From Giardia intestinalis (taxonomy: Eukaryota), in NCBI GenBank assembly GCA_000002435.2, contig CM018792.1: 64,000 bases of DNA. One strand, 5' to 3'. Each line of letters opens with the position of its first letter. Within the stretch, counting starts at the first letter, position 1. The position numbers and the translations under genes were made by a program. Shown here in pieces: positions 57,531-64,000 of this stretch. Under the pieces are notes generated by a model. That model saw only the letters and a program-made list of their open reading frames with translations, had not been told where the DNA came from and made no database searches.

Positions 57531-60500
57531 GTGTGGTCTTATCCCTTGAGCCAGATAAAAATGAGTGCTGGGGTGCAGGCTCCCACGCCTGTTAAACGCT
57601 ACTCGTCTCTCTTCCCGACTGGCCAGCACAACATTAGCGATGGCGATGGCGTTGGGCCTGCGTCTGGATCATTCTTGGAGATTTTCCGCTATGTTCACAA
57701 GAAGAGGCCTTCAATGGCAGTTCTGTCCTGCTCGCTGAACACCATTCCTCGGTCAGAGGGTATACTGCGTAAGCTCGGGGTTCCGATAGCTCTGAGCGTG
57801 TCTCCTCTCGCTCCGCTAGACAATCTGCGTGTTGTGGGTCTCCAGTCAAGCAGTATACCCCTAATAACGGCCCCGCCCATTCGTTGCCAGCGGTGTCGGG
57901 GATACATGAATCCATACAACATATTGCTTAACGAAAGCTGGACGTGCGTCCTCTGCTCCCGCGTGAACCCATATCCCCCTAACCGTGTTCCAGCCCTAGT
58001 CTTTAGCGCACAAGCCAACGCCTTTGTTCCCTCTATTCCACCCGAGTGTAGTCCAGGTAACACATGCTCCTTCCCCTACGCGGAGTTCCTCTGTGCTACG
58101 GTGGAGTATGACGTATCGGCTAACCTGGCGTTTCTACCCGCTACCACCGATGCAGCTGCTGCACGGTTTAGCGAGCTGAATCCTGGAGAGGTGTCCCATG
58201 TGCAAGCATCGGTCCTGTCTGCAGATGCCATTATGGAGGCCAATGCCATTACCGTAGCAGCAGAACAGCCTTTTTCAAGTCTAGAATTAGCACAGAATCG
58301 CTTTGAAGGGAACAACATCTCAATACCAAGTACTGAGTGCCTATATGCAAGGAAGCTCCCCGTGCTAAATGCAGATGAGCTTATTGCGAACGCCGTACCT
58401 GTATCGGAGAAAGACTCTGTACATCTTCTGCACAAGGCACAGCCCGTTTGTCTTCCATTTAGTATAATAGTTCTTATTCCAATTACTGTTAATAGCATTA
58501 ATTCAGGGGTTCTCGCCAGCTCATGCACATCCATTTTGTCCTCGCTGCAGCTAATGAACCAGCACATATCCTTTGTACCACTGTTCTATAATCAAAAGAT
58601 CATCTGTTACAGACGGATCAACCACGATCCAGAGCGCATAGAAGAGATAGAAATAACTCCAGATCCTCTAGTGTCGGAGCCAGTTATCCCATATCCGCTT
58701 GAAGAATTGGCCATAACCAGAGACTTCGCAAAGGAACAATCCTTCTTTCAAAAGCTGCTTTCCCGGTTCTACAATCAGGCTGCCGCCTCTGTGGCCGCGG
58801 GTGCAGAGCATTACACCGTGTCCTCAATGATCTCTGCCATTTCTGGGTGCATCTCCACACTACAGAGGATGAGCGGTAAGATAGTAGTTGTTCAAACAGA
58901 TCCTTGCACGCGCGGCATTGGGTGCAATCCCCTTTCCACTATCAACCCAGTTGAGTATTCGAATCCTAGCGTTGAGAAGCTTTACTTATCGAGAAGCATG
59001 TTGATAAATAGACTTGCCTATGCTGCAGCTAGTCATAATATTGGTATTGACATTATAGCTCTGCCCATGGACAAAAACGTGAATTTGGGCCTCGTGCCCC
59101 TATCCTCTCTTTGCGTCATGACAGGTGGCGCGCTTCTCTACAACGAGGCGTCCGCCTATGCCGAAAAGCATTCTGCTAGCGCTATGGGTCTCGGAAATGC
59201 CGATTTTGCCACCAATGCACTATTACGGCTCTTGACTGCAACACAGGGCGTCTCAGCAACTTTGTCAATCCGGACGAGCGAGGGCCTAACAGTTAGCATG
59301 CAAGAAGTCACTGGGAAGCCTGCATCGTCCTCTCTCAGCTCGGCTTTCACTGCTACAGGGGCATCCGCCCTCTGGGCTAATACACGAGACTTCATTGCGA
59401 CTACCATGAGTAGACGCTCCGGGGATGGGTCTGGTAATGAGGATTCCGCCCTCAATAAGGGCATGCTTTCCGCCAGTGGCCAGGCATCTGAAGTCTCAAA
59501 GGGGCGGCCATCCATTGAGAATATTGCACAGCTAATTCAAACAGAAAACAAACCACGCTACAAGGTGTCTTCTGCGGATAACTTCTTTGCAAATTACCTT
59601 AAGGTCTCCGATGTGGAGTACAGTTTTGCCAGCATCTCCGAGTACACTTCCTACGTTATGGAGTTGAAGTATAACGCAAAATTGCCCGCTGAGTGTAGCA
59701 ACAGTTATGTCCAGACAGCGCTTCTTTACACAAGTACAGACGGTTCTCGAAGACTCCGCGTGTCGACACTGCAACTAGCGGTGAGTGACAACCTCACGGA
59801 TATATACTCAAATATAGACCAGAGCATCTATATGAGCTGGTTGGCAAAGAAGCTAGCGTTTCTCACTTTGAATAGCGCCGCACTCGTGATGGGTGACATC
59901 GGCGCGCTTGGAGGACGCATCTTGCTGGAAAAGCCTATCTCAGATAGTGGTGTGGATGTTGAAATCGAGGCTGGTCTTGTGAAGTATGGCAGTATTGTCA
60001 TAGGGTCGGCTGTGCCTGCAAGCGGTGATTATTTATCCATGCCGCTTCATGGGGGAGGCATGGCTGATAACAATCTACTCAACGCATCCCAAGCCAGTCA
60101 GAATATACAGACGTCTGTAGTACAGTCCATTTCCAATTCCCTTGGCCTGCAAGGAAAACGCAAGACCATAGACGAGGGTGTCCGCACAGGGCATATGTCA
60201 GCCAATGGAGCAGCCTACTTGCTTTCTAAATACGGTGGACTACTAACAACGAAACAGCTGCCACTCAACATCGCATCGTCCTCTCTACTCTTCGATGGAG
60301 AATATTCCTATGGGGCCGTTCTTAGAGGGAGAAAAACATTAGAGCAAATGGTGTATCCTCTTATCAGGCAATTTAGAGACCTCTCAACAAGCATTGCAAA
60401 CGACAGACTTACAGTTCCAACTAATATGGACCTAGTTCCGTTCTACCTTATGGGGCTGACACGAACTGCACTCTGTCATGCTCACCGCTCTGAAAGCGAG

Positions 60501-61094
60501 GGTGGTCCCTTTACCGCGGACATGCGATGTAGCACTGCATTCCTAGTTGTCTCTGCGTCGGTCAGCTCCATCGCATCGATGCTTTATCCGGTGATATACA
60601 ACATCACTACTTACTTGACATCCTTTGTCCCAGAAATTGGGACCTACAAGACTGCGCACCCAGAGGCGGTGCTCACCATGCCCGTCTCCATTCCTACACC
60701 AATACGTGCATGCAGCAGATATATAGAAAATCTGACCGGAAGCATCTTATATATCGTATCTGGGAATCTGTCATTCTTTTGGGTAGGATCTCTGGTACCT
60801 GAAGAACTCAGAAGGGGGCTCTTCGGTGCACAGTCGCATGGCGAGTTAAGGGTTGCCCCGTTTAGTCTTTATGCTTCTGCTTCTCAGGACAAAGGCATTT
60901 GCTCCACGCTGCTAAACTTTATTACAATCGTTAAGAGGCTTACGGACTGTTGCGGAGGTGACATTGTAGTTCCCGAGGGAGTTGGTGGCGTGGAGGGCCT
61001 TGTACGCTGGATGCTCGTTGAAGACTCGACCAGTCAAGACAAGAGCTATGCAGACTTTCTAAATGGGTTTGCAACGGCAATTGGTGCTGCGTGA
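57531..61094 (+). CDS. SEC24: COPII coat subunit Sec24.
   Basis: Sec23/24 zinc finger CQRCRGYMNPY...CVLCSRVN. Length 1187 aa, with trunk and helical regions. Its size fits Sec24 rather than Sec23. Confidence 0.7.
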   Translation: MWSYPLSQIKMSAGVQAPTPVKRYSSLFPTGQHNISDGDGVGPASGSFLEIFRYVHKKRPSMAVLSCSLNTIPRSEGILRKLGVPIALSVSPLAPLDNLRVVGLQSSSIPLITAPPIRCQRCRGYMNPYNILLNESWTCVLCSRVNPYPPNRVPALVFSAQANAFVPSIPPECSPGNTCSFPYAEFLCATVEYDVSANLAFLPATTDAAAARFSELNPGEVSHVQASVLSADAIMEANAITVAAEQPFSSLELAQNRFEGNNISIPSTECLYARKLPVLNADELIANAVPVSEKDSVHLLHKAQPVCLPFSIIVLIPITVNSINSGVLASSCTSILSSLQLMNQHISFVPLFYNQKIICYRRINHDPERIEEIEITPDPLVSEPVIPYPLEELAITRDFAKEQSFFQKLLSRFYNQAAASVAAGAEHYTVSSMISAISGCISTLQRMSGKIVVVQTDPCTRGIGCNPLSTINPVEYSNPSVEKLYLSRSMLINRLAYAAASHNIGIDIIALPMDKNVNLGLVPLSSLCVMTGGALLYNEASAYAEKHSASAMGLGNADFATNALLRLLTATQGVSATLSIRTSEGLTVSMQEVTGKPASSSLSSAFTATGASALWANTRDFIATTMSRRSGDGSGNEDSALNKGMLSASGQASEVSKGRPSIENIAQLIQTENKPRYKVSSADNFFANYLKVSDVEYSFASISEYTSYVMELKYNAKLPAECSNSYVQTALLYTSTDGSRRLRVSTLQLAVSDNLTDIYSNIDQSIYMSWLAKKLAFLTLNSAALVMGDIGALGGRILLEKPISDSGVDVEIEAGLVKYGSIVIGSAVPASGDYLSMPLHGGGMADNNLLNASQASQNIQTSVVQSISNSLGLQGKRKTIDEGVRTGHMSANGAAYLLSKYGGLLTTKQLPLNIASSSLLFDGEYSYGAVLRGRKTLEQMVYPLIRQFRDLSTSIANDRLTVPTNMDLVPFYLMGLTRTALCHAHRSESEGGPFTADMRCSTAFLVVSASVSSIASMLYPVIYNITTYLTSFVPEIGTYKTAHPEAVLTMPVSIPTPIRACSRYIENLTGSILYIVSGNLSFFWVGSLVPEELRRGLFGAQSHGELRVAPFSLYASASQDKGICSTLLNFITIVKRLTDCCGGDIVVPEGVGGVEGLVRWMLVEDSTSQDKSYADFLNGFATAIGAA

Positions 61095-61161
61095 CAGAAT
61101 TAGCCTGAGTTGTTTGTGAGTGACGCCTATAACAAAGCAGTCGCAAGCACTTCAGCAATTT

Positions 61162-62157
61162 CTATAATAAACCGTCCTCTTTCCCCTTTTCCACCAGAGC
61201 CTCCATGTCACCGACAATTTCCGAGATGATTTGCAACTTATCCAAGATAGACAGCTTGCTCTCATACTCTCTGCCTATCTTCGAGGTGGCAAGACAGCGG
61301 AGATACAGGTTGTCTATTCCAAGTATGATGACCCCTATGTTGGCCATTGTCCGGTCAATCGTCAGCTTGTGCTTCGCGATCATAGCACTGAGGCCTGTCG
61401 TGTCCCGCTCCTTTATTTCGAGTTCCTTGATAACATTAGAAGTCTCGCTGTTGATTGCATAGACCTTGGCTGCCTGCATCTTTTCAATAGCCCGTGCTTT
61501 TTCGCGTAGCTGCTCGGCATTAAGCTGCTCGGCGCTTACCTGCTCCATTAGCTTTGCATGGGTGGTTTTCAAGTTGGCATATCTGTGAAGGATCTGGTCA
61601 GCGTAGATGAACTCCTCGGAGGCCTGGGTCACGTTCTGGAGAAAGTCCTCATAGACACTCATGTTACTCAGCTCACGCTTCAGACAGCGAAAGCGGGCAG
61701 CCATTCCCTCCTGTGTATGTAGCAGTTCTGCTTGCAGCATGCGAAGCTGCTCCTCATTGCTATACTCCTCGTGCATCCGGAGTAGCGCAGTCTCCTTCTT
61801 TTCATTGTTCTCCTGGATAAACTTTGTGAACCGCTGCTTGGCCACTTCTAGCTCCTTACGTTGGCTGGCCAGAATGGCCTCGCGGTCCTCGAGCGCCTTT
61901 ATCTCCTCGGTGTAGAGAATCCGGCGCTCGTCCAGCCTCGTCTGATAGTCAGCGAGCTGCTTGCGTTTCTGAAGGAGGACAGTCTCGTCGGAGATATGCT
62001 CGAGGGGATGCTGTGTTCCCGTCGATTCTGAGAAGGCGCCCCTAATGTTGTAGATCTTGTCCAAGGAGTCCGATATCATCTTGTCGACGGAGACCTCCTG
62101 CTTTGATGCATCCAACCGCCGCAAAAACTCAAGGTCGTTGACGTTGTCCTCGTTCAT
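61162..62157 (-). CDS. Coiled-coil protein (331 aa), possibly a CCDC42/CFAP73-like axonemal protein.
   Basis: Continuous heptad-rich sequence. The family assignment is weak. Confidence 0.35.
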   Translation of the reverse strand: MNEDNVNDLEFLRRLDASKQEVSVDKMISDSLDKIYNIRGAFSESTGTQHPLEHISDETVLLQKRKQLADYQTRLDERRILYTEEIKALEDREAILASQRKELEVAKQRFTKFIQENNEKKETALLRMHEEYSNEEQLRMLQAELLHTQEGMAARFRCLKRELSNMSVYEDFLQNVTQASEEFIYADQILHRYANLKTTHAKLMEQVSAEQLNAEQLREKARAIEKMQAAKVYAINSETSNVIKELEIKERDTTGLSAMIAKHKLTIDRTMANIGVIILGIDNLYLRCLATSKIGREYESKLSILDKLQIISEIVGDMEALVEKGKEDGLL

Positions 62158-62182
62158 CCCGCACAGAATTTTGAATCAGTAT

Positions 62183-63061
62183 TTACAACAACTCGCCGAT
62201 AGCGTTGCAACCCAGCTTGGTGCCGAGAAGTTCAAGGGTTCTGCGCTTAAACACGTTAGTTGTCAATGTGATGCCCATGCGATTGCGTAGCTTTGTAACG
62301 GCGGCTTCATACGCAGCTGAGTCAGAATTCTTCAAGGCCAAGAGGCACTCATAGATAAACTCTCCTTCGGGGGACCCCACAAGCGTCGGGTCTTGCTTCT
62401 CAAACCTAGAAAGAGCGTCCCTAAGCTGGGCCTCTTCCTGGAAGAAGGTCATGCAGATAAACGATGAAAAGAAGAAATGCTTGGCCGAGTCTCGAAGAGC
62501 AGGGGTCTGAATGCACTCTATGGCAACGTCTTCAAAGATAGATGCGCTTATCTCGTAGTTACTACCAAGACAGGCGCCAAGCTCTGCAAGGCGGATTCTG
62601 CAATTCCGATGTTCGTTAGCCGAGGCGCAGTCATGCTTGAAGGCAACCTCAGCCTTAGCGTAGAGGGCGTATGCTTCTTCGTAATCTTCATGGTCTTCTG
62701 AAAGAACGGCCAGATCCTGGAGGACCTTCCCGGCCTGGGAGTAGCTTCCAATCTGCATGGCAACTGTGGCCAATTGCTTAGCGGTAATGATGGCTAACTG
62801 GAGGTGGTCTTCCTTGTACACTGAAATGGCCGAGCTGTAAAAGTCCAGGGATAGATGCGGCTTCTCATGGGAAAGGCACAGAGAGGCGCACTTCTCGTAA
62901 AGCTCGCCGGCCTTGAGATTGTTTTTTGCAAGCTTATACATGTTTCCCGCCTTCTCGTAATTGTCCACCGCCGCATCCACTGCTCCTTCCTCCTCAGATT
63001 CTTTTGCCAGCATCTCTTCGGCGATCTGGATGTACGCCTCCGCCTGCTTTGCATAACTCAT
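62183..63061 (-). CDS. Alpha-soluble NSF attachment protein (alpha-SNAP).
   Basis: AGNMYKLAKNN, YEKCASLCLSHEKPH and DSAKHFFFSSFICMTF align with alpha-SNAP AANMFKMAKNW, FCQAAQLHLQLQSKH and YSAKDYFFKAALCHFC. The TPR-like length, ~292 aa, fits. Confidence 0.8.
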   Translation of the reverse strand: MSYAKQAEAYIQIAEEMLAKESEEEGAVDAAVDNYEKAGNMYKLAKNNLKAGELYEKCASLCLSHEKPHLSLDFYSSAISVYKEDHLQLAIITAKQLATVAMQIGSYSQAGKVLQDLAVLSEDHEDYEEAYALYAKAEVAFKHDCASANEHRNCRIRLAELGACLGSNYEISASIFEDVAIECIQTPALRDSAKHFFFSSFICMTFFQEEAQLRDALSRFEKQDPTLVGSPEGEFIYECLLALKNSDSAAYEAAVTKLRNRMGITLTTNVFKRRTLELLGTKLGCNAIGELL

Positions 63062-63089
63062 GTTTTAATAAAAGAATGGTATTCACTCC

Positions 63090-64000
63090 TTAAAGCATGG
63101 AAGACCCGTAATCCTGGCTCAGAAGGGAGGTCGATGTTTCGTCTGGATGGAACCTCCTGCGAGGGCTCTTCTTCATGGGCCCCTTCCGATTTCTGAAAAG
63201 GAAGAACCAGACCAGAACCCCAGCAACGGAGCCTCCGACAACCACCAGGACGGCTATGGTTATCCCCGCTATGGCTCCAGTGGACATCATCTTACCGGCG
63301 CTCTCTGTGGTCAGGCAGATTACCGAGACGGGATTCTCGTTTGTTCCATTCGTCAGCGGAAGAGTGCAATACTTGCATCCGGGAACACCGACGATTCCAT
63401 CCATGGGTGTGGTGTCGGAACAAGGGCGGCAAGGGCCACTGGCATCGCCAGAGAAGGAAAACGACGCGAAGTACTCATCTTTGCAGCTTTTGCACGTACT
63501 TGGTGATCCCTGCGTGCAGCTTTCGCACTCTGCAGCACAGCTTACACACTCACCATTGACCAGGGACCAACCGGGCTTGCACTCATCGCAAGTTGTCACA
63601 ATGTTGCAGCTGGCGCAGTTTTCGTTTTTACATGCAGTACACGTCCCAGCAAGGTTGCTATATCCTATCTTGCAATAGCTGCAGCTCCCACTAGAGGCCA
63701 TGGAGCAAACGTCCCTACCGGGTAACTTCGATGTCTCGTAGCAGCCGCCTTCGTAGAGGAAATACCCATCGGCACACGCTAAGCACGCACCCTTGGAGTA
63801 GCGAGAACACTCACTAGCCCTCGTAGCTTGGGACTTACATTCTCCGTTGACCGGAACAGAGGTCTGGCTTTGGCACTGGGAGCAGTATTTTGTCTTGGAT
63901 ATCATAGCCCCACAGGACTTGCATCCATCCACGTTGATTCTGCACTCCTCCTTACAGCCAGACGCACCCATTCCGTTGAGGCTATGAACCTTCCCCTCTA
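63090..64000 (-). CDS. High-cysteine membrane protein (HCMP-like). It has CXXC/CXC repeats, a TM helix and a ~40-aa cytoplasmic tail. Its N-terminus lies beyond the window end.
   Basis: CXXC-rich. TM segment AIAGITIAVLVVVGGSVAGVLVWFFLF, then RNRKGPMKKSPRRRFHPDETSTSLLSQDYGSSML. The frame stays open upstream of the track's start at 63971, right to 64000. The tail is not CRGKA, so this is HCMP rather than VSP. Confidence 0.7.
   Translation of the reverse strand, partial: EGKVHSLNGMGASGCKEECRINVDGCKSCGAMISKTKYCSQCQSQTSVPVNGECKSQATRASECSRYSKGACLACADGYFLYEGGCYETSKLPGRDVCSMASSGSCSYCKIGYSNLAGTCTACKNENCASCNIVTTCDECKPGWSLVNGECVSCAAECESCTQGSPSTCKSCKDEYFASFSFSGDASGPCRPCSDTTPMDGIVGVPGCKYCTLPLTNGTNENPVSVICLTTESAGKMMSTGAIAGITIAVLVVVGGSVAGVLVWFFLFRNRKGPMKKSPRRRFHPDETSTSLLSQDYGSSML

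Noticed and set aside
1-64000. A prokaryotic-style defence island or operon (the prompt hints at an undescribed system).
   Set aside because: The gene content is unambiguously eukaryotic: IleRS, Sec24, alpha-SNAP, V-ATPase F, Sof1, RSP3 and a protein kinase, all monocistronic with AT-rich mini-promoters. The only system-like locus is the VSP cassette array.

Overview
This is eukaryotic DNA and almost certainly Giardia (a diplomonad). Five complete proteins, plus one truncated by the window start, end in ...GGLVGFLCWWFVCRGKA*, the hallmark C-terminus of Giardia variant-specific surface proteins (VSPs). They also carry dense CXXC repeats and GGCY motifs. A further cysteine-rich membrane protein with a long cytoplasmic tail (HCMP-like) sits at the 3' edge. 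Genes are tightly packed with short AT-rich upstream regions, and AGTRAAY-type poly(A) signals are present.

The left ~13 kb (1..12887, minus strand) is a head-to-tail array of six or seven VSP units. The most upstream unit (10818..12887) is the only one with an ATG in an Inr-like context (CTAATGTT) followed by a hydrophobic signal peptide. Every downstream unit begins at the same homologous point (ICT[A/K]A..G.CT.C). Each of those is preceded by stop codons and lacks both a plausible ATG and a signal peptide. The six-frame track shows 'M' at these positions only because it accepts GTG starts. The units are separated by 12-120 nt spacers. Each spacer carries the VSP extended poly(A) signal (CTTAGGTAGTGAATG) and a variable number of degenerate ~10-nt repeats (GTGATAGTG-like).

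The units are strongly mosaic: long blocks of identical protein sequence are shared in different combinations between units. Positions 1..~1740 are an essentially identical copy of 9323..~11062. This looks like a silent-cassette, gene-conversion style array behind a single expression-competent VSP. That is my main hunt finding.

A ~2.6 kb stretch follows with no convincing ORF: a GC-rich island at 12888..~14500, then an unusually AT-rich tract at ~14900..15675. The rest is ordinary single-copy housekeeping and cytoskeletal genes, listed here in map order:
- a multi-pass membrane protein (15676..16494)
- radial spoke protein 3 (16748..17668)
- two large hypothetical proteins (17695..21738, 21836..23926)
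- V-ATPase subunit F (24054..24347)
- a rhomboid-like membrane protein (24415..25275)
- a TK1-type thymidine kinase with a long C-terminal extension (25306..26484)
- a HEAT-like hypothetical protein (26536..29169)
- the WD40 protein Sof1/DCAF13 (29298..30848)
- a secreted acid-sphingomyelinase-like phosphoesterase (31124..32443)
- a cyclin-like protein (32508..33104)
- two hypothetical proteins (33206..34600, 34640..35866)
- a 2363-aa hypothetical protein (35947..43038)
- a Ser/Thr kinase, probably NEK (43059..44219)
- a 1087-aa EGF-like / GLUG-like repeat surface protein (44318..47581)
- a degenerate kinesin-like coiled-coil protein (47721..51098)
- two small ORFs that may be a single split gene (51262..51924, 51921..52316)
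- isoleucyl-tRNA synthetase (52276..55773)
- a bacterial-type radical SAM/SPASM enzyme (55874..56995)
- ribosomal protein S10e (57056..57460)
- Sec24 (57531..61094)
- a coiled-coil protein (61162..62157)
- alpha-SNAP (62183..63061)

No rRNA, tRNA, CRISPR array or transposon is recognisable. The prokaryotic categories do not apply here.
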